From: a virus
IMG/VR virus record: IMGVR_UViG_3300013674_000001
Span: 1 to 39,870 of that record
Reading direction: 5' to 3' (one strand)
DNA length: 39,870 bases
The notes under the pieces: model-generated
What the model was told of the DNA's origin: nothing
What the model saw: the letters and a program-made list of their open reading frames with translations, nothing else
Databases searched by the model: none
Shown here: positions 1-8,559 of the stretch, in pieces
How positions within the stretch are numbered: the stretch's first letter is position 1
Layout: every line of letters starts with the position of its first letter
Made by a program: the position numbers and the translations under genes

Positions 1-127
1 ACATCCGATAATGAAAAGGGAAACCTGCATTGCAACCCACAATGGCCGATACCTGTCTAGCCCATTGCAAGCCACCCACCCTTTACCGAATATCCTAGAA
101 ACCATCAGCTTACCCATCATTTCCCAT
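1..127. repeat. Terminal direct repeat, copy 1 (identical to 39744..39870)
   Basis: Bases 1-127 (acatccgataatgaaaaggg...tacccatcatttcccat) recur base-for-base as the last 127 nt of the window. Read directly. Confidence 0.95.
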
Positions 128-478
128 AGCTCTAATTCTAGTGTATTCGATCACCCATACCAGCATCGTGGAAACCGGGGAAATGGTAACATACTCACTG
201 TCCGTTTGCATCAATACCGCCCAGTAAGCTATCCCGGAAAACCAGTAGATCAAATCAAACATGTAATCTAAGGGCTTGGCATCACGTTCCTTAAGCTGCC
301 ACCACTCCCACAGAACTACAACAATTCCTGCGGCTAGGATTGCCCAAAACATGGTGGTGAAAGGAAACAGGAATAGAATGGCGCCCAGAATTGCCTTTCC
401 GCCCTCGTGGTGAAGGGCTTGATTCATGCCTCCCTCATAAGGACGGCCAGAAAAGTCGTCGGGATCAAATAAAGCCAT
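110..478 (-). CDS. Multi-pass membrane protein, 122 aa, function unknown
   Basis: ATG at 478. Hydrophobic segments AILGAILFLFPFTTMFWAILAAGIVVVLW and LIYWFSGIAYWAVL. Lies in the distal part of the minus-strand late operon. Its 3' end overlaps by 11 nt, across the circular junction, the start of the 145-aa membrane ORF. Confidence 0.7.
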   Translation of the reverse strand: MALFDPDDFSGRPYEGGMNQALHHEGGKAILGAILFLFPFTTMFWAILAAGIVVVLWEWWQLKERDAKPLDYMFDLIYWFSGIAYWAVLMQTDSEYVTISPVSTMLVWVIEYTRIRAMGNDG

Positions 479-526
479 GTTTAACCGATAGCCTAAATTT
501 CGCTGCCGATCAAACCTTTGGTTGTG

Positions 527-838
527 TTAGACTGCGCCTCCACTGCCCACGCTTTCGCTGATAAAACGCCACGCATCGTTTGCATCTTTAAAAAAAGCCA
601 TGATTTCGCCATCCAAATTCATGACTTTTGTAGATCCCCCTCCGAAGTCTAGCGTGCAATTGTTCAGAGAAAAGTTGATGTGACTGTCATACACGCGAAA
701 GTTTGTAACATCCGCTGCCACTGTCAAAGTAATAGCGCCTTCTGTTGTATCGACGAAATAATTTGCCCCACCCTGGGACAACGGGCCGCTTGCTGTAATG
801 GCCTCGTGAATGATTTCACCGTGAATATGCCTAGGCAT
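527..838 (-). CDS. Hypothetical protein, 103 aa
   Basis: Track ORF 527..886 trimmed to ATG 838, which is preceded by GGAGAGG (ggagaggtggaATG) and lies 10 nt after the TAG of the 891-aa gene. The longer start would overlap that gene by 38 nt. Confidence 0.65.
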   Translation of the reverse strand: MPRHIHGEIIHEAITASGPLSQGGANYFVDTTEGAITLTVAADVTNFRVYDSHINFSLNNCTLDFGGGSTKVMNLDGEIMAFFKDANDAWRFISESVGSGGAV

Positions 839-848
839 TCCACCTCTC

Positions 849-3524
849 CTACGGTTGTTTTGTTGTCGATAGCGCTCCCGTGTCATCGACCGTAATAAGC
901 CAGCGACTGCTGTCGGGCGAAGTCAAGATAACGCCTTGTGTAAAGTCGACCGCTTCGGTAACCGCATTTTCAGTTGCTGCGCTGTTAGCGGCCAAACCGT
1001 AACACCATTGCTGCCTTGCATTGACCAGAAGTTGCGACAAGTCGCGGTGAATTAAGAAATGGTCAGGCGTGAATGTTCTAAACTCAGACCCGGCAAGCTG
1101 CCCCATTGTCTGAATTTCAACACTGTCAAAATTCGTGACCGAAATGGGGACATCAATGTCGTTGAACTCATCATTTGCACCCCCTGCTTCACGATAAGCG
1201 CCGACAACGGCTGTTGTATTTGCCGATTGATGCGGCTGAAAGCTGAACAGGAAATCGACGTCGCCAGTGATTGTATAGTCGCCCGATCCGGTCCCAAAGC
1301 TGATCCAATTATCGACGCGCGCCACGGTGGCGGGGGCGGTAAACGTCCGGAAGTCTCCCACGTCTGTAGGGCGCACCGTCACATCGGAGGGCGCCCCCAC
1401 AAGCGTAATGTCGATCAGCAAATCATCGCCAGAAACGCGGCTTTCGTAGCCAATCGTTACATTAACTGTCCTGTTACCATGCAGGGGGCCTAGAAAAACA
1501 TCACGTGAAACCGTCTGACGAGCGACTGCAACGTTGGTATCTGGAAGCGTAACATCAACAAACCCAGATCCTTGAGTGTCAGTGCCGCCAACCAAAATAT
1601 CAATGTCAAGTTGCAAGGTTCGGGAGGTGTTTGTCGCTCCAGTTGGAAACCTCGTTGCTGTAAATGTTGCAACACTTCCTGACGCCGTGCTGATAACTTC
1701 TGTTCCCGCTGTCCGAGTCAAGAAAGTGAAAACGTTTGTTTGAGTTTGATCTACAGTTGACGCCGGAGTGTAGTTATTGACCTGGATGCGGCCGCCGCCG
1801 GTAATCCGGAAGAAGGGGATCGTTTCAGTGGTTCCCCGCAACCACATGAGTGTGTCGTTGCTGGCGCCCGCAACACGGAAACCAAAGCCACGATATGCGC
1901 TTGTTCCCAAACCATCATATCGAACCGTTCCGGATACCGGTATTGAATACGCAACGCCTGACTGCTGGTACCTTGTGCCCCCACCACGATAGTCCGCAAT
2001 ATTTGAATATCCGGGTGCAATCGTAACTGTGGCAACACTGGCCTCTGGATTAAAAATATCCGAAAATGCGGTAAGTTTGTGAACATCAGGGGAGAGCGGA
2101 AACAAAGTAGACATCTTGCCTTCAAGTGTCGAAATTCTCTGTTCATCAAGCTGAAGATTTGCCGAAGCACTGGCAGCAAGACGGCGCCGTAAATCACTAT
2201 TCAACTTAGCTTCTGAGATCGACCCATCGTCAACATTATCCAATGCGTCATAATCGGTGATCGTGTTTAATGTCTGCGTTGATTGCAGGTAAAGGCGAAC
2301 GGTACTACCGGCAGAAAAGTCGTAATCACGGCTGGCAACGTAATCACTTTCACCCCCAAAATTGCCTTCAAAAGTGAAATCCGTAGACATGTTGCCAATC
2401 AGATTAAAGTTTCCAAAAGCATCTTCTTCGTATGCATCAAGCGTTGTTAAAAGCGTTGCGATGGTTGCATTTGTTCCCGCAAACCTAAGCGCAAGGCGCG
2501 CACCGTCGCGATTGGCGGGAACCGCAATAGATCCTTCATCGGTGCTGGCATTCAAATCTGCTGCTGAATAATCCGCTGGGCTGTCATAAATGCGAAACCA
2601 GTGATTTCGATCCTGTGGGCTTCCGTCAAGCTGTTCGCCGCGAATGGTTCTAGTCCGCGTTCCAACGTCTTCTAGGAAAATCTGGCCTTGAAGCGTCAAG
2701 CGTCGGACATCCCCAGCCGCAATCACGAACCAATTGGCGGTGTCCGACCACTGAGTGAAGCTGGCAGCAGACCACACAACCCAATCGTCAGTGTACAGAA
2801 CTTCTCCAAATCTCCCTGAACCATCGGTCGGCGCGTTGACAACCTTGTAAGCGTAGCCTTGTAATACGCCGGATGGTAATGCACCGGTTGACGACGCATC
2901 CCAAGTGGAGGCTTGAAGTTGGATATCGTCAAGCGTGTCACCGGCCGGTGAACCCGCAAGGCGTCCTTCTGCAATAACATTGTAAGACGAAATAACACTC
3001 GAGGTTCGACTGATCTCAAGCGTAACCTGATCACCATGTGCAAGCGTGACATTTGCACGGCCATCAATCTGTGGTGCTGGCGAAAGACGCGGAACGACTC
3101 GTAAACGGTTGTTCGTCACGGTCTCTCCGGCCAAACCGCCCAAATAACTGATTGTTATTCTGTAGAGCTCTGGCAATCCTTCAGTTGAAAGCTGATCAAA
3201 GATGGTTCCCAAAACGGTTTCGCCTGGCAGCGTGAAGGTTCGCAAGCCATTTGCCTGACCAGCGGCGCCTTGCAAGTGTCGGTTGGCTTGCCCATTAAAC
3301 CATTCTGAAAGGTTAGAGTTCTGCGCAGAGTAATCACCGGTGAAAGCAAATATCGGGGCGCCGATCCCAGTTGCGTCAATCCGATCAAGAGCGGTTTGAA
3401 CATCCGACGATCCGTTTATCAAGCCAGTTTGGTTTGTACTGGCGTTCACGATTTGGCTGGCGTCGGCCAACTCGCCTGTTATAGAGGCTATGGGAAATGG
3501 AATTAGGCGCGGATTACTAACCAT
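849..3524 (-). CDS. Tail fibre / tailspike-like protein, 891 aa
   Basis: Long uninterrupted ORF, rich in T/S/G/N/D as in beta-rich receptor-binding proteins. Its start ATG overlaps the stop of the upstream fibre gene (ATGGTTAG). Sits at the distal end of the virion module. Confidence 0.7.
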   Translation of the reverse strand: MVSNPRLIPFPIASITGELADASQIVNASTNQTGLINGSSDVQTALDRIDATGIGAPIFAFTGDYSAQNSNLSEWFNGQANRHLQGAAGQANGLRTFTLPGETVLGTIFDQLSTEGLPELYRITISYLGGLAGETVTNNRLRVVPRLSPAPQIDGRANVTLAHGDQVTLEISRTSSVISSYNVIAEGRLAGSPAGDTLDDIQLQASTWDASSTGALPSGVLQGYAYKVVNAPTDGSGRFGEVLYTDDWVVWSAASFTQWSDTANWFVIAAGDVRRLTLQGQIFLEDVGTRTRTIRGEQLDGSPQDRNHWFRIYDSPADYSAADLNASTDEGSIAVPANRDGARLALRFAGTNATIATLLTTLDAYEEDAFGNFNLIGNMSTDFTFEGNFGGESDYVASRDYDFSAGSTVRLYLQSTQTLNTITDYDALDNVDDGSISEAKLNSDLRRRLAASASANLQLDEQRISTLEGKMSTLFPLSPDVHKLTAFSDIFNPEASVATVTIAPGYSNIADYRGGGTRYQQSGVAYSIPVSGTVRYDGLGTSAYRGFGFRVAGASNDTLMWLRGTTETIPFFRITGGGRIQVNNYTPASTVDQTQTNVFTFLTRTAGTEVISTASGSVATFTATRFPTGATNTSRTLQLDIDILVGGTDTQGSGFVDVTLPDTNVAVARQTVSRDVFLGPLHGNRTVNVTIGYESRVSGDDLLIDITLVGAPSDVTVRPTDVGDFRTFTAPATVARVDNWISFGTGSGDYTITGDVDFLFSFQPHQSANTTAVVGAYREAGGANDEFNDIDVPISVTNFDSVEIQTMGQLAGSEFRTFTPDHFLIHRDLSQLLVNARQQWCYGLAANSAATENAVTEAVDFTQGVILTSPDSSRWLITVDDTGALSTTKQP

Positions 3525-5262
3525 GGGTCACCCTAAATTCGAACGTTCCGGTCTGGCCGCTGTTGTTCTGCTGGGTTAGCAGGTCATATGCTTGGCCGTT
3601 GATTGTGCGTGCGGAGGCTGTGCGCGTCCATGTTGACAGTGTTTCCTGATTAAACGCCGTCTCTACAATGCTGGTGATTGGGCGATCGGTTGGTTCCAGA
3701 ATGCCGATAAATTCTGTTGCAGGCCAAGATCCGCTAATCGTGTAAGTCGATCCTGCCGGCTGCACATCTACGGATGTCAGTAATGAAGTAGCAACCGTGG
3801 CAAAATCATTCGTTGGACGCACGCCATAATACGCCTGTTCATCAGCCGCAACGGCGCGCACCGTGACTATCTGGGAGTTTGACATGATGGTTTGACCGCC
3901 TGTTGTGGTGGCTCGAATCTGAAATGTCACGGTTCCCGCGCTGCTGGTGTCGATACCGGAAAGAAGGACTGTTGCGGTCTGCGCACCGTCTGCACTTGGA
4001 ACCGTCAGGGATAAGTCGTTGCCATCCGTGATAATCAGGTTCATGGAGGCGATTTGCGATGTCTGTGCAGTGGTGAAGGAAATCGTACGGGACTGGTTAA
4101 TGTCCGTTCCAATATCAACGGTAGCAGGCAGGTTGATGCTGAATCCGGTAATGGATGCACCTGGCTGCGGGACACCACCTGTTACCGTTGCGTCTATAAA
4201 GCCATCTGTATCGTCGTAGGCAAACGAAATACCGTTATGGGTTCCGCCTGTGAACATTGCAGCAACAATGTCTTGGATGCTTTCTGTAGTGGGAACAGCT
4301 GATGAAAACGCCAGATCTCTAAACTCGCCGCGCTGAACCGAGCCGACTAGGTAGGGGAATCCCGTAGTGTTTCCCAAGAACGAAACGTTATCGGCCTCAA
4401 CCAGAACCGTGACCTGATCGCCCGTTAACTGCCTGAATGGACTATCCGGGAACGATATGGTGTTATCGCCCAGCGTGAAATTATATCCTCCCGATCCATC
4501 AAGGACAGCAGCTTTGCTTGGCAAATATTTGATGACTCCTTGATTGCCAGTGGCATAGCTTACTGTCACTCGCACATTTGTCATGGTTGCCGCAGTTCGA
4601 AACTTGAACGCATTTGTCTGCGCATCAAGCGTCACCGTATAGTTCATTGATAGCGGGTTTGTGGTGATTGTTTCCGTATCAATGGCCTGAAGTGTGAAAT
4701 CGTTTTCTGCTTCCGTCAGGTAGAATTGGCGCGGAGGATTGCTTGCAGCCGTAGGTCTGGACCTGGCGTCAATAAGATCGAAACGAACATCTGGAAACTG
4801 ACTGTTGCTCAAACGCAGAAAGCTGTTGGCCTCGTGCAGTGTGGAAATATCGCCGATGCGCAGACTATCAGCCTCAAAGCCCGTATCGCCTGGCATAAGA
4901 AGCTCACCACTGGAAAGCATTCTTATGCCACTGTCGGTAAATTCTGTTCGGGCTGTGTTTAGAATGGGAATGCGGTCAGCGGGTACGTTTGTAATGGGAA
5001 GCCCCATACCATCGGCACCGTCTGCACCCGCAGGTCCTTGAATAATTGGGGTGGCAATTTCCCATTGTGAACCATCCCAAAGATACCATGTGGAGGTAGC
5101 AGTAACATTTACAAGAGTTTGATTTTCTAAAAGTTGATTGGGATTGGAAGTTGTCCACAAATCTCTAGCCGCAATGTCAACAAACGGAGAATCAGCCGGA
5201 ACAACAAAACCGAAGCCGCCTCCACTTCCTCCCAGCCCCCTTGCGTCAATAATCTGAACCAT
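3517..5262 (-). CDS. Tail fibre-like protein, 581 aa
   Basis: Long ORF with a short collagen-like run, GPAGADGADGMG, near the N-terminus and T/S/N-rich composition. Translationally coupled to the 891-aa gene. Confidence 0.65.
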   Translation of the reverse strand: MVQIIDARGLGGSGGGFGFVVPADSPFVDIAARDLWTTSNPNQLLENQTLVNVTATSTWYLWDGSQWEIATPIIQGPAGADGADGMGLPITNVPADRIPILNTARTEFTDSGIRMLSSGELLMPGDTGFEADSLRIGDISTLHEANSFLRLSNSQFPDVRFDLIDARSRPTAASNPPRQFYLTEAENDFTLQAIDTETITTNPLSMNYTVTLDAQTNAFKFRTAATMTNVRVTVSYATGNQGVIKYLPSKAAVLDGSGGYNFTLGDNTISFPDSPFRQLTGDQVTVLVEADNVSFLGNTTGFPYLVGSVQRGEFRDLAFSSAVPTTESIQDIVAAMFTGGTHNGISFAYDDTDGFIDATVTGGVPQPGASITGFSINLPATVDIGTDINQSRTISFTTAQTSQIASMNLIITDGNDLSLTVPSADGAQTATVLLSGIDTSSAGTVTFQIRATTTGGQTIMSNSQIVTVRAVAADEQAYYGVRPTNDFATVATSLLTSVDVQPAGSTYTISGSWPATEFIGILEPTDRPITSIVETAFNQETLSTWTRTASARTINGQAYDLLTQQNNSGQTGTFEFRVTHG

Positions 5263-5271
5263 CCTGAACCC

Positions 5272-5547
5272 CTATGTTGCAATCGTCATTGCTACGACAA
5301 GACCAGCAGAGCCCCGCAGATAGAGCCCTTCACCGTTCTGTAGGATAAATCCCCTATCGCGATAGTTTTCGTTAATCATGCCCATTTGGCTGAGATTGTG
5401 ACCCGCAAGGCTTTCTGCGGGTGTTGTGGTATCAATCGCCCAATCTATATCTTTGCCTTGCGGTGTAAGAACAATGTTGGTGTTGTTTGCTGTCGCGCTA
5501 TGCGCAAGCTGCCAAACTTCCGTCAGTATGATGTCTACTGTTGCCAT
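5272..5547 (-). CDS. Hypothetical virion-module protein, 91 aa
   Basis: ATG 5547 preceded by AAGGGG (aaggggcgtcaaacATG). Stop lies 9 nt before the start of the 581-aa fibre gene. Confidence 0.65.
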   Translation of the reverse strand: MATVDIILTEVWQLAHSATANNTNIVLTPQGKDIDWAIDTTTPAESLAGHNLSQMGMINENYRDRGFILQNGEGLYLRGSAGLVVAMTIAT

Positions 5548-5687
5548 GTTTGACGCCCCTTACAAAGAAACAGTCAAGCATGGAAATCCGCTATTGACGC
5601 TCAGATTGCATTCAATTGGAATAAGCATTGCGTGACCCTTAATTCGAATGATTGCCGCCCTATGGTCACGCATTGGGGTGGTGATCT

Positions 5688-5722
5688 GGGGCCGCGACTT
5701 GCCGACACAAGGACGCGGCCCC
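5688..5722 (-). terminator. GC-rich hairpin downstream of the lysis cassette (possible terminator)
   Basis: GGGGCCGCG (5688..5696) pairs with CGCGGCCCC (5714..5722). An inner CTTG/CAAG extension is possible. No clear U-tract on either strand, so function is uncertain. Confidence 0.35.
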
Positions 5723-5765
5723 ACCTTATTCTATCGCGAATAAGTTCTATTGAATAGTGATGGTT

Positions 5766-6005
5766 TTATCCTGTTTCGTCAACGCTCTTGCACTCACGGT
5801 CCCAGGTTGTGTTGGTTTTCCAGTCACGTCTGAGATTTGCTGGTGCATTGGCAGCGCGCCAGTCAAGTTCCGCTTGGGTAAAGCGCCGGGGCTCTTCCAC
5901 ATCGCAGAATAGTGGACCTTCAATTTCCGTTGGCGTCAATGTCCCCCAACAACCACTCAGGAGGAACATCGACAAGATCAGAATCGGGTACAGTGTCAAT
6001 TGCAT
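5766..6005 (-). CDS. o-spanin (outer-membrane lipoprotein, Rz1-like)
   Basis: Signal peptide ending in the lipobox LLSG-C (MQLTLYPILILSMFLLSGC). ATG 6005 is preceded by GGAGAG. An alternative ATG at 6023 adds MTWRAI. The gene starts inside the i-spanin gene in another frame and extends past it (overlapped architecture). Confidence 0.8.
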   Translation of the reverse strand: MQLTLYPILILSMFLLSGCWGTLTPTEIEGPLFCDVEEPRRFTQAELDWRAANAPANLRRDWKTNTTWDRECKSVDETG

Positions 6006-6189
6006 TATCGCTCTCCACGTCATCTATGATAGCTTGGAGTCTGACGCCGCAGCTTTTCAGTGCGGTCTGTATGTGAGTGACTTGCACCAATGCTTTTGCA
6101 GCGCGCTCGCGCTCCACCTTTCCCCACACACCCGTAGCCGTTGCAGCCACAACCAAAGTGCCGATGATGTAATCCTTGAGGCCGAACAT
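5920..6189 (-). CDS. i-spanin (inner-membrane, Rz-like), 89 aa
   Basis: Track ORF trimmed to ATG 6189, 1 nt after the endolysin stop. N-terminal TM segment YIIGTLVVAATATGVW followed by a charged helical region. Contains the start of the lipoprotein ORF. Confidence 0.75.
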   Translation of the reverse strand: MFGLKDYIIGTLVVAATATGVWGKVERERAAKALVQVTHIQTALKSCGVRLQAIIDDVESDNAIDTVPDSDLVDVPPEWLLGDIDANGN

Positions 6190-6190
6190 A

Positions 6191-6826
6191 TCATCCGTCC
6201 TCGTCACGCATGAAGCGGCGCACAATGAAGAACAGGGCAATCAGGGCAACCGCCGTAGAGGCTAAAGTTACGGCTTGAGGGTCAAGAAGCGGGGCAGCGG
6301 TGCGCACAACCTCGTCAGCGGCCGCCACGAGAACGGCAACACCTGCGGCCTCACCGGCCGCCCGCGTCTTCTTGCGTGGCTCTGGTTCCGGTGTGTATCG
6401 TGGAGTTTGTCGCTTCGCAGCTTCCGGCCATTTCTTTGTGCCAAAACTGGCCGCATTCGAACGAGTATCAATATGCGTAAACCCCTTGTCCGCATATTCA
6501 CCGATGCCCTTGAATCCAACCTCTTTGGCTATCCTGATAAACTCTTGCGGATCGTGATTATCCATGCGGCAATCATAGGCCATGGCCTTCATGTGAAGCG
6601 AGCCCTTTGCGCCCCCAACGCGGCGGTTATGCTCGGGGGACCGATAGGCGCTGTTAAGGATCATGGGGCGTCCAAGTCGATTGCGTAACTCCTGCAGCAT
6701 ATCCATGCTGCGCTCATCAATGGCGAGCTTTCCTGTCCCCCTGCACGCTAATTCCTGCGGCGAAAAGCTGAGCCAGCGCCATTGGTCAGTCGGAAATGCG
6801 GTCCAGTGGTTATACACTTTCATCAT
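6191..6826 (-). CDS. Endolysin, LAS-family zinc peptidase (peptidase M15A / D-Ala-D-Ala carboxypeptidase-like) with C-terminal hydrophobic anchor
   Basis: Motifs SAYRSPEHNRRVGGAKGSLHMKAMAYD and GIGEYADKGFTHIDTR match the H..D..H zinc site of the M15 family. ATG 6826 follows AAAGGAA. C-terminal TM-like segment VTLASTAVALIALFFIVRRF. Immediately upstream of the spanins. Confidence 0.85.
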   Translation of the reverse strand: MMKVYNHWTAFPTDQWRWLSFSPQELACRGTGKLAIDERSMDMLQELRNRLGRPMILNSAYRSPEHNRRVGGAKGSLHMKAMAYDCRMDNHDPQEFIRIAKEVGFKGIGEYADKGFTHIDTRSNAASFGTKKWPEAAKRQTPRYTPEPEPRKKTRAAGEAAGVAVLVAAADEVVRTAAPLLDPQAVTLASTAVALIALFFIVRRFMRDEDG

Positions 6827-6889
6827 TAAGATTCCTTTGTCACGAAAAGGATGTGGCATCATATTACTGCATGTTGGGACATTTTGTCA

Positions 6890-8338
6890 TTAGTAGAACT
6901 CTTCCACAACACAGATCCCATCGCCGCCATCGCCGCCATTTCCTTGGCCAGCACCCCCGCCGCCTCCTCCCCCATTTGAACCATCACCACCATTAGCTCC
7001 AACGCCAGCCGTGGCCAATCCTATCCCTGCAGCCCCAAAAAAACTTGAGCCACCATTGCCAGCCGCAAGTGTTGCATCCGTAGGCCCCGGAAATCCTGGG
7101 TTACCAGGTATTAAAATATCTCCGGTTGTAGGGGTGCCTCCGGCGCCCCCTGAATCAGATCCAGTACTGCCAGCGCCTCCAAAACCGCCTCCGGCCACCG
7201 CAGAAGTTCCAAAAGAACTTTGCGCACCATTCCCACCAGCCCCCAATCCAGTTTGTCCCGCGCCCCCCGCGCCAATTGTTACGGTTTCAGATGCTAAGGC
7301 GGAAACATCGATATATATGATTGCAGTTGATCCCGCGCCCCCACCGGCACCTCGTTCATTATTGGCCGATGCACTACCGCCGCCTCCTCCTCCCCCTGTA
7401 ACGGTAACCTTAATTTTTCGGCACCCTGTAGGCCGGTTCCACGTTCCGCTTGATGTAAAAACCTGTTGCGTGGGCGTGGTTCCAAGAGGCGCTATCGGTG
7501 TAACCACCTGCCAATTGTTGCCGTCACAGGTAATCAGCACCCAATTTCCATCTTCCACCAAAAGCGTTGCAGCCCCGTCAATGGTTTCTGATCCATCAGG
7601 GTCAATTGTAACGTCACCGCCATTGGCCCTTACATAAAAGGAAAATCCGGCACCCAGCGTAGCAGCCGCCGTTAAGGAAAGCGTCAAGGTTGCCGTGCAT
7701 ACAATCAGCCCCCCCAGATCGGACCCAACCACTGTGCTTGCAGTGGAAATACTGCGATAGTTTATTTCGTTGGTTCTCTGGTTGGTGATTGAGAAGTCAT
7801 CGCTCAGGGCGTTGTATTGAAGATTGATAATGTCACCGATTTCAATCTCGCCTTCGACTAAATCAAAGTTCTGATTTTTTCGAGCCGGCTTTGCGCCCAG
7901 GCTGTCAATGTTCACTGTGACAGCGCCCGTGTTGACCGCCACGGCTGTAAACACGTAAGTCGCTTTGTCAGTCAGGGCCGCAACGGTAGGCGATCCCTCC
8001 GCAGTAATGTTATCGCCCCCCAGAACATTGGTTAAACCAGTCGAACTAAGGGCGCCAAGCGCCACACCAGCATCCAAGTCCTGAAACACTTGCGTTCCAC
8101 TGGCGTCATTGACCTGAATAGAATATAGCCCCGATAACCAAATTTTGTTTGTTGAGCGGCCCGTGCTGTCAAGCGTCTGAGGGTTTGCAAGAGGCGTCGT
8201 AAGTTGACGGTCAGAGAATATTGCCTTTGGGTTTGCAACCGGGTCAGAGCCCACGAGCCCAATGTACAAAAGCCCCCCCACGATAGGCTTGCCGCCATCA
8301 GATAGAAACTGTGTGTTTTCGTTTATAACCGCTGACAT
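6890..8338 (-). CDS. Tail fibre protein with C-terminal glycine-rich domain, 482 aa
   Basis: Strong SD (AAGGAGActgacgaATG). The motif FTSSGTWNRPTGCRKIKVTVTGGGGGGG followed by Gly-rich repeats is typical of the glycine-rich domain found on phage fibres. Confidence 0.75.
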   Translation of the reverse strand: MSAVINENTQFLSDGGKPIVGGLLYIGLVGSDPVANPKAIFSDRQLTTPLANPQTLDSTGRSTNKIWLSGLYSIQVNDASGTQVFQDLDAGVALGALSSTGLTNVLGGDNITAEGSPTVAALTDKATYVFTAVAVNTGAVTVNIDSLGAKPARKNQNFDLVEGEIEIGDIINLQYNALSDDFSITNQRTNEINYRSISTASTVVGSDLGGLIVCTATLTLSLTAAATLGAGFSFYVRANGGDVTIDPDGSETIDGAATLLVEDGNWVLITCDGNNWQVVTPIAPLGTTPTQQVFTSSGTWNRPTGCRKIKVTVTGGGGGGGSASANNERGAGGGAGSTAIIYIDVSALASETVTIGAGGAGQTGLGAGGNGAQSSFGTSAVAGGGFGGAGSTGSDSGGAGGTPTTGDILIPGNPGFPGPTDATLAAGNGGSSFFGAAGIGLATAGVGANGGDGSNGGGGGGGAGQGNGGDGGDGICVVEEFY

Positions 8339-8371
8339 TCGTCAGTCTCCTTAAGGTGACCGTTGTTTTGC

Positions 8372-8497
8372 TTAGAATATCATAATGCCCAAGCAGTAAG
8401 CACAAAAAACAATAGCAGCGAGCCGACCAAAAAACAAAACCATGTTGCCGATCATGTTGCCTACGTCTGAATTTCTCATTTGATGACTTCTGTTCAT
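8372..8497 (-). CDS. Tiny membrane peptide, 41 aa (below the ORF-track cutoff)
   Basis: Hand translation: MNRSHQMRNSDVGNMIGNMVLFFGRLAAIVFCAYCLGIMIF. SD AGAGGT lies 7 nt upstream. Sits in an AT-rich intergenic island behind a sigma70-like promoter. Confidence 0.45.
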   Translation of the reverse strand: MNRSHQMRNSDVGNMIGNMVLFFGRLAAIVFCAYCLGIMIF

Positions 8498-8525
8498 AGT
8501 TTTACCTCTTGCTTCTAACGGTCTA

Positions 8526-8554
8526 TATATAAGAACATTAACTCGTGCTTACAA
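8526..8554 (-). promoter_or_regulatory. Candidate sigma70-type promoter TTGTAA-N17-TATATA
   Basis: Minus-strand reading: TTGTAAgcacgagttaatgttctTATATAtagaccgtTAGAAGCAagaggtaaaactATG. Shares the TAGAAGCA leader box with the promoter at 23002..23030. Confidence 0.45.
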
Positions 8555-8559
8555 GTTGT

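Noticed and set aside
1-127. Terminal repeats as IS or LTR-type mobile-element ends
   Set aside because: The repeats are direct copies at the exact contig ends, exactly 127 bp long, and gene order is continuous across the junction. The evidence favours assembly overlap of a circular or permuted genome.
7011-7637. 208-aa proline-rich plus-strand ORF
   Set aside because: It is the antisense reading of the Gly-rich (GGN-rich) C-terminal domain of the fibre gene 6890..8338. CCN codons arise automatically from that, and there is no start context.
7709-8279. G7/C7 homopolymers in coding regions (7709..7715 and 8273..8279 in the fibre gene; also 14907..14913 in the hub gene and 25274..25280 in the C5 methyltransferase)
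   Set aside because: All encode Gly-Gly or Pro-Pro in frame. Seven nucleotides is short for slipped-strand phase variation, so this is noted only as a possible sequencing-error hotspot.
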